Source: Lama guanicoe
Lineage: Eukaryota
Assembly (NCBI GenBank): GCA_013239625.1
Contig: MU054145.1
Coordinates: 102,341-122,340 of the forward strand
Reading direction: 5' to 3'
Length of the DNA stretch: 20,000 nt
Shown here: piece after piece, positions 1 through 10,367 of the stretch
Position numbering within the stretch: the first letter of the stretch is position 1
Layout of the letters: every line of letters begins with the position of its first letter
Notes under the pieces: generated by a model
Told to the model about the DNA's origin: nothing
Seen by the model: only the letters and a program-made list of their open reading frames with translations
Databases searched by the model: none
Position numbers and translations under genes: made by a program

Positions 1-147
1 TGGACCAAAAAAGTGTGCTCCTTCTCAGATTCCCTCAATTGCCTCATTTCTCTCTTATTGGCAACCTTGCTGCATCAGGTTGTTGCTCTTACATGTTTAG
101 ATGTAAATGAAATTACCCACCATGTGTGTGGGATCTGTCTTCCTAAA

Positions 148-260
148 TACGGTGACTAGTTATCATGGTTTGTACATGATTGAGGGGCTTCTAAGTTAGC
201 GGGACTATTAGTGCTAAAACCCAGTCAGTTCCAGGAGAACTGCAATGGTTGGTTACTCTA
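148..260 (+). mobile_element. hAT-Blackjack MITE, MER81-like (~113 bp)
   Basis: Degenerate terminal inverted repeats (tacggtgactagt ... ggttggttactcta), internal 'gggactattagtgctaaaaccc' matching recalled MER81 consensus, and an imperfect 8-bp flank duplication (ttcctaaa 140-147 / ttcttgag 261-268, 5/8, transitions only). Confidence 0.75.
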
Positions 261-994
261 TTCTTGAGTAACTACCAAGGGGCCAGATGATGTGACCCAG
301 AAGTTTGGGAAAGTTAGCTCTTTATCAGATGTAGTTTGACTAACGGGAGATGACACAGATGGAATTGTAGGCTGGATTTTCTAGATATAAATGCTCACAT
401 GGTGTTTCATATGTCATAAAGTTATTGTGGGTTAACACAGGTGCATAAAAGGATGCAGAAATAAGATCAGATAGAGGGAGATTTCAAACTGTGAGAAATA
501 CTCAACAAAGCTTTGGCTAAGCCTGTGGTTGGAGCATGTAAAGGCCATTAACGTTATCCTAAAGTAGGCCAAAATGGCCTGGCTTTTATATCTCTGTAAT
601 CAGTTTTTGATTGTGAGCTGTTCCAGGAATTATGTGCTCTTGGGTGAGATGGCTCTCTGACGGAGCTGACTGCTGGAGTCTGACTCCTGACAGCACTCCC
701 AGAAGCTGGGCAATGAATCCTTTCTGGAAGGCAGTTATGAATAAGCACATGTTCAAGCCCAACACAGAAGGGACTTAGCATATAAATTTCCCCATCTTTA
801 TACCCTTCGTGGACAGCTCTGAGGTATGATTTCTTTCTGCAAACCTTGAGATGTCTGTATGTTGAGTGAACATGCCTGTTGAGGAATCTAACGTGCATTT
901 CATTTTCCTTTTCCTCCTTGCCCTTACTGACCTGATTTATCCTCCCAAATAATGCCAGGATTTTGATGTTTACCTGAGGCTTTGTTTCAGAGAG

Positions 995-1180
995 GACTTG
1001 GACTTAGACATTTGTATTAAATATGAGATGCCCGTTAGACATCTAACTGGAGATATCAAGTAGGTAGCCATAAGGTCAGAGCTGCAATTACACATTTCTG
1101 AGTCATAGATGGCATTTAAAACCATGGGAGTGGGTGAAATGACAGAAAAAGAGTGTATAGATAGAGAAGAGAACAACATC
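995..1180 (-). mobile_element. LINE-2 (L2) fragment
   Basis: 'gagatgcccgttagacatctaactggagatatcaagtaggtag...catagatggcatttaaaaccatgggagtgggtgaaatgac...gtgtatagatagagaagagaa' matches recalled antisense L2 consensus. Confidence 0.8.
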
Positions 1181-2134
1181 AGGCTGAAAGTTAAATTGTC
1201 AATAAATAGAAGCTATTCATAATCCAAGTATTATTTCCTTAAACATTAGCATTTGCAAACAAAGGATATATTCCCAGGCACCACTACATTATTGCAGTTT
1301 AAATACATTAATTTTGTCATTCATACACTACAGCAGAGATTTAATATTATCTGGAAAAATGGGATAGGCAGAAACATGAAGTGAGGAAAAGGGAATGTTG
1401 TCTCTAAAGGATCCGTCTGTTGCAATGTTCTTGAGTCTGAGATCAAGGAACATAAAACTAAATTAGGAAAAATATTCCATCAGTACTTTAATTGCAATAT
1501 TATGCATCCTATACCCAGGAGGCATTTTTTTTTTACTACCTGTATACTGCTTCCTTTGTTGGATAATATTGTCTGAGGTCGCAGAAGACCTCAGAGAACA
1601 CAGAGTCAAATTCGTGGCCTTGAGTTCCAAAAATAGACTCATAGCACAGGAGAAAAACAATCTTGAAAGCTAAGGCTTTTATTTAATAGGAGCTATCTTC
1701 TTGGAATTCAAAGGCTAAACCCTGATGGAAGCTGTTTATAATTCTTATACCATACAATAAATATTTTAAAAATATAGGTAATGAGCCACGTGATGCAATC
1801 TGGGGAGGGGATTGGAATTGACTGATTTAAAAAGTTAAATGAGAAAAAAATACGATCATTATTGATTTTATTTCAAAGTAATTAAGTTCAAATTTTAGAA
1901 ATCAAACAGAAGTTGGGGCTTGGGAAATACGTTTAGTTTAGTCACAAGAAAATGATGAAAATTATATTTTTCACAGTCAACACATAAAATTTCATGTTAC
2001 TTTGTGCCTTCATTGTTTAATTTTCTATTTATAAAAGTCACACAAAGTCATTTTATACATAGCAGAATATTTTTGCTTTGGTAAGGCAAAAATATTTGAA
2101 TTGGATGATATGTGTCACCTCTACTCCAAATTTC

Positions 2135-2205
2135 CATGTGCAGTTTGCTTTTGGCACCTGTGAGATGGGGATGATTACCTCCCTCACATGTCTGTAGCTA
2201 AATAT
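2135..2205 (+). mobile_element. MIR core fragment
   Basis: 'cagtttgc...cacctgtgagatggggatgattacctccctcaca' resembles the MIR core (catctgtaaaatggggataataatacctacctcaca). Confidence 0.5.
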
Positions 2206-2549
2206 TTACAAGGGAACAGATGATCCTCCTAGGGGAAAATGAATTAGGACTCCAATTCTTTTCCTTTGAAACTGAGAGTCATTAAAATATATAGGCGAAG
2301 GGTGTGAGACCAGAGGGAATAAGATGCGACATGAGAGAGAATTCAAAATAAATGAGAAGGGAATCCGGACTTCTGGTCTAGGCTTAACGCAAAGGGCTTG
2401 GAGGCAGCAGACAGGGGTGACTGAGTCTGGGTGCTCTGTGCAGCTCCTATTGGGTCCTCATTTCTCAGCCACACTGGTTGTGATTATACTTTGTATTACT
2501 GATGGATTGAAGTTGATAATATTTCACTTAGATTTTTTAAATTATCCAT

Positions 2550-3100
2550 AGTCATAGTGAAGATTGATCTTTGGTTTTCTTCCTTTCCCTCTTTCCTTCC
2601 TTCCTTTCTTTTCTTCTTTCTTCTGTATTTGTCAGGTTTCAGTATCAGGGTTATGCTACTAAATTCTACATTGCTTTGCATGCTTTGTAACACTTTAAGT
2701 AGTATAAAGATAATCTTTTCATTGGCAATGTAATACACCTTACCCTTTAAACCATCTAAGTCAGGAAATATTTGCTGGTGATCATTCTTTTTTCTCCATA
2801 ACTATCAAACTTCCAGGTTTCTACATATTTGGGGGCCTTTTGGTTTATTTCATTAAAACTTGCTAATATGTTAGCATTATGTTTCACATATCACTCCTCT
2901 TTTTTGTAGTTGACTTATCCTTTTTCTCAAGTTTTATGATTGTGTTTAATCTTTGCTTTTCTTGATTTCATGTTTTCATTATGTTTTTTAAAGAACAACT
3001 TTTTTCTGTTTCCTATTTTAATTCTCTTGTTACTTTATTAACCTCTTCCTTTTACATTCCTGAGGTCTACTTGATGTTCTTCCATTTTCTTAAGCTTTGT
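2550..3100 (-). mobile_element. Old L1 (L1M) ORF2-derived fragment
   Basis: T-rich antisense L1 motifs: 'gtcaggtttcagtatcagggttatgct' and 'ttttttaaagaacaacttttt...ttccattttctaag'; highly decayed, boundaries approximate. Confidence 0.6.
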
Positions 3101-3329
3101 GTTCTCTTTAGTTTACACAATCATATTGCATTCCTTAGTGCTCTGTAGAGTGGTAGTTGTTTTATTTTTTTAAATTAGACGACCCATTTCAAAGTTTATT
3201 GTGGAGCAGAGACTGAATTTTCATACAGAAGTGCTTATTTGGTGTAGTCCCACCTGGGAAACATTGACAGTGTTCTTCAGTTCCATTCCCTAGTAACAAC
3301 AGTTTATTCTTTTGACTGCTAGAAAATAC

Positions 3330-4273
3330 TACATCTTGTGATTAATTCCAATTTGTTTTCCCTATATGTTGTCATTTGAGTTGCTCCAGTTTTTTTGGCT
3401 ATTATTGATATTGTTGCTTTCACATGTCTCATGATATTCATTTGCAAAAATATATTTGTATATGCAATTAATTTAATGCAAAATTATTTTCCAAAGAAAA
3501 TGTTCTCCCTCCAGGAATATATAAGATAACCAACTGATCCACAATATCTCTAAAACTTAGCATTGTCCTGCTTTTATTTTTATTTTTTTGGCCAATGGTA
3601 TGAGTATAAGGTATTTTTCATTGCAGTATTACTTTGTATTTTCCTGATTACCAGTGAGATTGAAGATCTCTTTCTGTTGGTTATAAATGTTTCCTGTTCT
3701 TGAAATACTTTTCTCTTTTTTTTTTTTTTGCTGATTTTTCTATGAGGGTATTTGTTCTCTTCTGATTTATATGATTTATATGACTTATTTGTATATTTTC
3801 AGTTCCTGTCCTTTCTTGGTTATGTGTGTTGTAAATACATTTTTCTCCCAGTCTGTGGCTTGTGTTTTCTTTTCTTTCTTTTTTCCTTGTGTGTGTGTGC
3901 GGTGTGTGTGTGGCTTGTGTTTTCACTTTCCTAAAAGCATTGCTCCCTGACAGAAATTATTAATTTTAATAGATTCAACTTTATCATCTCTTAAAAAGCA
4001 ATGTTTTGTGTCTTAAGAGTTCTTTCTCTACCCCAAGGTCAGGAAGATATTCATCTATATTTCCTATTAAACATTATACAGTTTTTTTATATTAAAGATA
4101 TTTGATCCATTGTCTAAAGTTAATTTTTGAATCATGTGAAGAACAGATTCAATTTCAGTTTTTCCCTATGAATAACCATTTTTCCACCTGCTTTTATTGC
4201 ATAGTCCTTTGTTTCCTTATTTATCTACTGTGTTATATTTGACTTATATCAAAGTTCTACATGTGTGTGGGCT
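3330..4273 (-). mobile_element. Old L1 (L1M) ORF2 3' part, segment 1
   Basis: Antisense L1 hallmarks: 'ttttcctgattaccagtgagattgaagatct', 'ttttctcccagtctgtggcttgt', 'ctaccccaaggtcaggaagatattc', 'tatcaaagttctacatgtgtgtggg'. Confidence 0.8.
3854..3924 (-). mobile_element. Tail-only retrotransposon insertion (39 bp) with 16-bp TSD
   Basis: Exact direct repeat tgtggcttgtgttttc at 3854-3869 and 3909-3924 flanks a T-rich tract plus (TG)n at 3870-3908, which reads (CA)n then an A-rich tail on the minus strand. Confidence 0.6.
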
Positions 4274-4998
4274 TGGGGAAATAAAATTTTCTGGATTCCT
4301 CAGTTCTTCTGTTAAAAAGTCCTAATGTCCTGAGTCACAAAAATATAAACATAGAAAATATTTGTCTGCATTTCTCCTAGAAACATTTAACTCTTCACAT
4401 ACCATGAGAATGAGATCTGTAGCCATTTTTCTGTTAATTGTTTTGATCCAAAGGGGTAATAAAACATCTCGTATCTCTTCTAGAGAGAGTCAAATAGTTG
4501 CAGTCCTGACTAGGTTGGTAGGTTAAGTCTCAAGGATCCAGAAAGACTGGAGCACCATCTCCCTTGGTATTTACATGCCAAAGGGATGAAGCCCAGAACT
4601 TGGCAACATCTCTGTGTTATAAAAGCCAGAGTTAACTGGGGTTTATTTAGCCCTTGGAAAGATGCATTTATATTCTAAAAGGTGAGGGTGAGAACCCAGG
4701 ATACTTTCCATCAAATAGGGGCGGGGGGTTTTCCTCCTTTTTTGAGAGGGAAGGGAGTGAGAGGGCAGAGGATGGTCGTCTACCTCCTGTATATAAATGG
4801 AGAATATTCATTGTTCACCATCCCTTGTCTGTGGTCCAGGTAACCTGCCATCCTGGTAGAAAGATTCCATAAACTTTCACAATGTCTGTGGATCTAAGTG
4901 TGGGTATTGATGCTGCAGTGTTTCTCTGGTTGTTCATCTGGTTGTATCAATAAGGAACTCTATTTATCTGATCTAAGTGCCTCATGTTTCATCGCACA
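4274..4998 (+). mobile_element. Probable ERV solo LTR inserted in L1
   Basis: ~725-bp block interrupts the L1 (L1 resumes near 5176). It can be read TG...CA, with a TATA-like tatataaat near 4790 and a polyA-like caataag near 4948. Family not firmly assigned; ends approximate. Confidence 0.6.
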
Positions 4999-5120
4999 TA
5001 TAGAGCCTATATATGAAATATAATTATTAAATATTATATAGTATGTACTATAAATATATATTATATAAAATGTTAATAATTATCTGATATATTAATATAT
5101 ATTTATATGTATATATATAG
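4999..5120. repeat. AT-rich low-complexity / degenerate (TA)n
   Basis: Almost entirely A/T with tatata runs. Confidence 0.85.
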
Positions 5121-5121
5121 T

Positions 5122-5151
5122 TATTGTGCAAGTTAAATAACTTGCACAATA
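5122..5151. repeat. Perfect 14-bp inverted repeat, 2-nt spacer
   Basis: tattgtgcaagtta (5122-5135) + aa + taacttgcacaata (5138-5151). Confidence 0.9.
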
Positions 5152-5152
5152 T

Positions 5153-5486
5153 CTTCACAGTTTTTAAAAAAGCAGTAGGTCCCTTTCTCAACTCTCTATT
5201 CTAGCCATTGGTAAATTTTTCTGTCCTTAATTACTTTAGCTTCATAATAATTCCAGGTAGCTAGTACGACAAATCTGTCTTCTTTAGAAGTATCTTGGCT
5301 AATCTTGGAAGAGATAACATATCAGATCCTTCACAGTTTTTAAAAAAGCAGTAGGTCCCTTTCTCAACTCTCTATTCTAGCCATTGGTAAATTTTTCTGT
5401 CCTTAATTACTTTAGCTTCATAATAATTCCAGGTAGCTAGTACGACAAATCTGTCTTCTTTAGAAGTATCTTGGCTAATCTTGGAA
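5153..5486. repeat. Tandem duplication, 2 x 158 bp identical, 18-bp spacer
   Basis: 5153-5310 and 5329-5486 are identical by direct comparison; spacer gagataacatatcagatc (5311-5328). Confidence 0.95.
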
Positions 5487-6290
5487 TGTAATTTTCCATA
5501 AAATTTTATGACCAGCTTAACCTACATGAAAAACTGTTAAAATCTTGATGGAATCACACTAAGCCTATAGATTCAGGAAAATTGCCACCACTATGATATT
5601 GTCTTCTATACTGAACAGGTATATTTCTCCTCCTATTTTAAGTCTTCCTTAATACATCAGTATAATTTTATTATTTTCTTTGTAGAGATTTTCAATATCT
5701 TTGATTCGATATATATTTAGGGAACTGACAATTTTTGATGCTTTGTAATTAAAAGTGATTCTAGTTGTTTATAGTTTATAAAAATGTATTTGACTTTTGA
5801 ATATTGATTTCTAGCTACCTAATAAAACCCTTCTATTCATTTTAATGTTTTATCTGCAGATTCCTTTGGAATTTCTATGTAGATAAGCATTTCATCTGCA
5901 AATAATGGCAATTTACCTCCTTTTCAATCCTTGTGACTTTGATTTATTTTTCTTTTCTTATTGTGCTGGCTAGATCTGCATTATAATGTAGAATAAAATT
6001 GGTGATATTGGCAATCTTTGTATTGTGTTTGATTCAGTGTTTCTCCATTCTCTCATTTTGATATGTAATACTTTATTATGATTTAGTTTTAGGTATTTTT
6101 AAAACTTTTGTTAAGATTTTTCTTTTGACTAATGAATTAGACTTAAATTTTTTCTAATTATATTGAATATTTAAATTTATCTTATTATTATTGGCCTCTA
6201 CCTTATTTCTGTTAGGGGTCAAAATATTATCTGTATATCATTAGTTCTTTCAAATTTGTATTTCAAATGTGTCTTTATAGACACATCTTA
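5176..6290 (-). mobile_element. Old L1 (L1M) ORF2, segment 2
   Basis: Continues the antisense L1: 'actctctattctagccattggt', 'ttccataaaattttatgaccagctt', 'gattcctttggaatttctatgtagataagcatttcatctgcaaataatggcaattt', 'tcttattgtgctggctag'. Confidence 0.8.
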
Positions 6291-6742
6291 GTTGTAATCC
6301 CAGTGAGTCATGCTTTTGTGTAATCAATTCCCCTTGAATGATCATGGATAGTACCTGGGACTTACTTCAAACCAACACTATATGGCCCAAGTGATGGGCT
6401 GTTGCTCTCTGATTCATTTATCTTATAAGGCAAAGATGAAGACATTTTTTGAAGATGTAATTTGAGTCCCTAATTACTTGACTTTAAGTTAATCAAAGTG
6501 GAGAGTATCTTGGGTGGGCCTGACCTAATAAGTTGAGCCCTTTAAAGGAAGATCTAGAGGTTAGAGACTTGAAGCTGCAGAGAATCTCTCTCCTTGCTGG
6601 CTTTGAAGATGAAAGCTGTCATGATTTGTACAGCTATTAGGAAATGAATTCTGCCAATTTTCAGGACTTTGGAAGTGACTTCTTCCCAACTTAAGCCACA
6701 AGATGAGAATGCAGCCAAGACAACGCCTTGATTTGTTATGAA
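6291..6742 (+). mobile_element. MaLR LTR, MLT1E-like
   Basis: 'gatgtaatttgagtccctaattacttgactttaagttaatcaaagtggagagtatcttgggtgggcctgacctaat...ccttgctggctttgaaga...gaaatgaattctgccaa...agatgagaatgcagcc' matches recalled MLT1D/E consensus. Confidence 0.85.
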
Positions 6743-6749
6743 GCATTGA

Positions 6750-6880
6750 AAATTAATTCATTTTGTGACCTAGTACATGTTCCACTTTTGAAAATATCCC
6801 ATATGTGCTTGAGAAGAATATACATTCTCTAATTGTTGGTTGAGAAATTCTTATGTATTCATGAGATCAAATTTATAGTT
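6750..6880 (-). mobile_element. Old L1 segment 3 (resumes after MLT1)
   Basis: 'aaatatcccatatgtgcttgagaagaatatacattctctaattgttggttgagaaattct' is a typical antisense L1 motif. Confidence 0.75.
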
Positions 6881-7084
6881 CTTCACAAGCTTCCTCATTC
6901 TCTCTCCAATTCAGCATAGCTTTCTGTGTCTCTAGAATTTTTCCAGTTTCCCCTGTGTTTCCTATCTTCTAGGATATTCATTTATAAAAGCCATCCATGG
7001 TTGAACTTGGTGGATAATGGAGTTTGAGTGACAGATACCTAGCATTGTGTACTAAATTGCCACCTTGTGAACACCAAAATAACC

Positions 7085-7612
7085 CCTTTTCCACTCAACT
7101 GTCAGAATAATCATTTTAAAAAATGTAGATTTTATCAGGTAATGTCTGTTTTAACACATCAGTGGGTTCCCATGGCTCTATTTTCCTCTTCATTCTCTGC
7201 ACTTCTGAAAATTGCTGGAATTGTTCTTTGAAGTCCTCGATGGTGCCGTATTCCCTCCTGTTACAGGGCTTTTGCACATGTTGTTTCCTCTGTTGGAAAT
7301 GTTTTCCCCTCCTCTCTTCACCTAGTTAAATCTGATTGATCTTTGAAACTTCAGCTTGAGAATCCTCATGGAATCCGTCTGTTAACTCTTGGACTAGGTC
7401 AAATGCTCCTGGTCTCAGAGCACACAGTAGTCCTTTTTCATAGCACTTGCCAAAGTTGCAGTTTTACATTTGAGTATTTAGTAAATGTCTGTCTACTCCT
7501 CTATATTACAAGATCCATGAGGCCAAGGATGTTGTTTATCTCTGTACAGAATTTTAGTTCTGTTGCCTGGCACTGTGTCTGTCAGTCATATAGTACTTGC
7601 TCAGTTCATGTC
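7085..7612 (+). mobile_element. LINE-2 3' end (L2a/b-like)
   Basis: 'cagggcttttgcacatgttgtttcctctgttggaaatg', 'catagcacttgccaaagttg', 'aagatccatgaggccaagga', 'gcctggcactgtgtctg'. Confidence 0.85.
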
Positions 7613-7617
7613 AAAAT

Positions 7618-7863
7618 GAGGCAGAATCGTGAAGTAGCAAATACCAGGATTTTGGATTTTTACTTCGAATCCAGCTTAGCCACTTATTGTGAGACCAAAG
7701 TACTTAACATCTCTGTGCCTCAGTTTCTGCATCTGTTAAATGGGGATAATAATGGTATCTACCTTAAAGGGTTATTTAGAAAATTAGATAAGTTATTACA
7801 TGTAAAGCACATGAAATGGTACCTGGCTCATAATAGATGTTGTATTATAGTTCATTATTATTA
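7618..7863 (+). mobile_element. MIR SINE, near full length
   Basis: B-box-like 'ttcgaatcc', core 'acttaacatctctgtgcctcagtttctgcatctgttaaatggggataataatggtatctacct', 3' 'atgtaaagcac...cctggctcataatag' and an (att)n tail. Confidence 0.9.
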
Positions 7864-8104
7864 AGTGAAAAGAAATATACTTTCAGATTTGCAGGCTTAT
7901 AACCTTATAATCTAAAACATAAATAAGTATATAACTTTTTTATTTGTAATATAGAGTTGATTGACCAAATTATACAAAACTCTGTTGTTCCAGGAGGGTT
8001 CTATGTCACTATTATTTTGTCATCATTTTACCCCTGGCGGATTTACCTGATTGATGATGATGCCAAAGTAGCTCACCTTGGACGCCTCCTTATAAGTTTA
8101 TAAG

Positions 8105-8205
8105 TATGTTATCATCATCTGAGTCTCATAACAACCTGGTCAAGGGGGTCTTTTAGTCATCTCCTTTTTTTTTTCAGATGGAGAAAATAAGGTTCATAGA
8201 GTTTA
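8105..8205 (-). mobile_element. MIR fragment
   Basis: 'tctcataacaacctgg...catctcctttt...cagatggagaaaataaggttcatagag' is an antisense MIR core. Confidence 0.7.
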
Positions 8206-8584
8206 TTTTTTCTTGGAGCAATACAAAAATGAAATTAGTACTTTCAGTATTCATGTTAACTTGTTACAAGGGAAATGTTCTTCACTGTGCTGTGTGGGAC
8301 ACTGAAAAAGGGAGCTTATAAATAAAACTGCAGAAAATATACATGTCAACAAAAGACATTTGACTGGGCAGGTAATATGATAGTTGTTAATTTCTCAAGT
8401 CCTTCGATTAATCTGTTCTTTTTATTTTGTCTGGTCATTTACAGGGGCTAAAAGCTGAGTGTACTTCTAAAATTGAATGCAACCCTTCAAGCTGATGTAC
8501 CTCTGTCTGAAAAATATTTTGTCCATGACTTGTTGTAGTTACAGTCACCGAGTATCTTATTTCACTAAATTCAAAACTCTTGCA

Positions 8585-8709
8585 GGGGATGGTATGACTC
8601 AAGTGGTAGAGTGCATGCTTTGCATGCATGAAGTCCTAGGTTCAATCCCCAGTACCTCCTCTAAGAATAAATAAATAAGTGAACCTAATTACCTCCCCCA
8701 ACCAAAAGA
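8585..8709 (+). mobile_element. tRNA-derived SINE, camelid Vic-1-like
   Basis: tRNA-like head with A-box (tgactcaagtgg) and B-box (ggttcaatccc), body 'agtacctcctctaagaataaataaataagtgaacctaattacctccccc', A-rich tail, and TSD aaaactctt (8573-8581 / 8710-8718). Confidence 0.9.
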
Positions 8710-10087
8710 AAAACTCTTTATGAGATGTTTAAATAAGATAAGCTTGTGCTGGTACATTGTTTGTAAAAATACATTTCTTATTTGATTAAGATTATTTAAA
8801 CCTACTTTCTCATTTGCTTTTGTTATCTGTTTCCATCTACTCTTTCTAGTATTCTGTTCTCACTTAAGGTTATTCCACGGTGAAGTAGCCAACTGCTTTT
8901 AACTGCTGTGTTTCCTTATAATTGCATAATTTATATACACAAAATATGTTTTTCTTGCAAAATGTGAAGCAGTCTGCTCCATTTGGTAATTAGTTGTGTT
9001 TCTTTCCTAATCAGCTAGCGATTTTTCACTATCGTCTGTGGTTTCTCCCTAGTGTATGCCAAGAATGAAGAAGGTTAAAACACTATTATCCTCATTAACT
9101 TGCTTAGGTCAGGCCCATGGGTGGGAAACTGTTTATTTTTTTCAAACTACCATCTGAGTATTTCATAATTATGATTTCCCAGAAATTCAAGTTAAGTACA
9201 AATGGGATAATGGCAGAAACCTGTTCATTACTCTAAATTATAGTAATTTTCTAATCCAATGACCTCTACCACACACTGGCCACCACCTAAAGCGTTTGTC
9301 ACTGGTTTGCTTTTGGCTTGTTATCTTATTGTTATTATGAATAATTTATTGATAGAGGACAAAGGGTCATTTACTTTCACAATAATACAAATAGAGTCAT
9401 ATTGAGCATTACAAGAAGCCAGAGAATAACTGCCCTTTTTTTATTGTTATTACTTTCTACCATTCACCCTTTTGGAAAGATTATTATACTTTTCAATTTC
9501 CATCTGCAATGATTGTAGAAGTTTTTTTCTCCCCACCCCCTCCCACCGTGGGATTGCATGATGGCTTATTGCAGTTAGAGGAAGGACTTTCAAAAAATAT
9601 TTTTCCTCAGTGCTTTCCTATGTATTGGTTCCCCTCCTACCCTCGCTGACATTCTGTCTCCTCTTTTCCCATTATCAATAATGAATTGCAGGGAAATCAT
9701 GGTGGATATTGCACACAATCAGTGGAACTTTGGAGTGGACCTTAATGTTGCAAAACACTTTTAGAGTCTGGTAATGAGATGCTATGGAGAAATGAGCAAA
9801 GATGGGTAATTTATCTTAATGATGACAGCAAAATAAAAGGTATGAGTCAACGATAAATAGAAAGTATAGAAAGACTGGCAATAAAAGAACAGAGTTTTGG
9901 TTTCATAAGCATTAAGAACAGGGGAAAAAAGAAATCCAAGTTCACATACATACTTCTCAACAAAAAGGACCCAGAAGTTAGTAAGCCACTGAAATAAAAG
10001 TTGAGACTACATATGAACTTGGACTAAAATAATTGCTTCACTAATTGCGTGGGATGTAGGTGGGGATAGGGAACAACTAATTTTCAC

Positions 10088-10190
10088 TTGGTCAACATTT
10101 ATTAAACACTTCTTACATACAAAGCACTGACCTAAATTGTCATAGGGAAACAAATGAAATTAGAGACTTACTATACAATTCTGGGTGAAA
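10088..10190 (-). mobile_element. LINE-2 3' terminal fragment
   Basis: 'tcaacatttattaaacacttcttacatacaaagcactgacctaa' resembles the antisense L2 3' end. Confidence 0.6.
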
Positions 10191-10313
10191 AAGGGTTCAA
10201 GCATCAATCCCCAGAGTGTAAGAAATGCTAAAGCTTTTCCTATGGGTAATATCAGGAAGTTCAGAAATCCAGTCTATTCTTTTTCAACATTCCATCTATC
10301 TCTCTCTTCTCAG

Positions 10314-10367
10314 TCTGTTAGCCAGGGCTATCTTAGCGCTTATGAATATATTTTTGTGAGACTGAAG
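10314..10367 (+). other. Candidate 54-nt cassette exon (may be a pseudoexon)
   Basis: Long pyrimidine tract ...ccatctatctctctcttctcag| and donor aag|gtgaga; open only in phase 0 (SVSQGYLSAYEYIFVRLK); peptide not recognised. Confidence 0.25.

Noticed and set aside
542..580. 8-bp inverted repeat aggccatt/aatggcct
   Set aside because: Too short to exceed chance; no TSD or family match.
554..898. 114-aa minus-strand ORF
   Set aside because: No recognisable homology or convincing exon boundaries; length is compatible with chance.
3681..3934. Overlapping ORFs on both strands
   Set aside because: Derived from decayed L1 and simple repeats.
7343..7864. 173-aa ORF, longest in the track
   Set aside because: Non-ATG start, and lies entirely over an L2 3' end and a MIR (SVPQFLHL is a typical MIR translation).
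8040..8085. Two minus-strand donor-like motifs (cag|gtaaat, aag|gtgagc)
   Set aside because: No credible upstream acceptor; the upstream sequence is MIR-derived.
8585..8657. tRNA-like sequence
   Set aside because: Runs into a SINE body, A-rich tail and TSD, so it is a SINE head rather than a tRNA gene.
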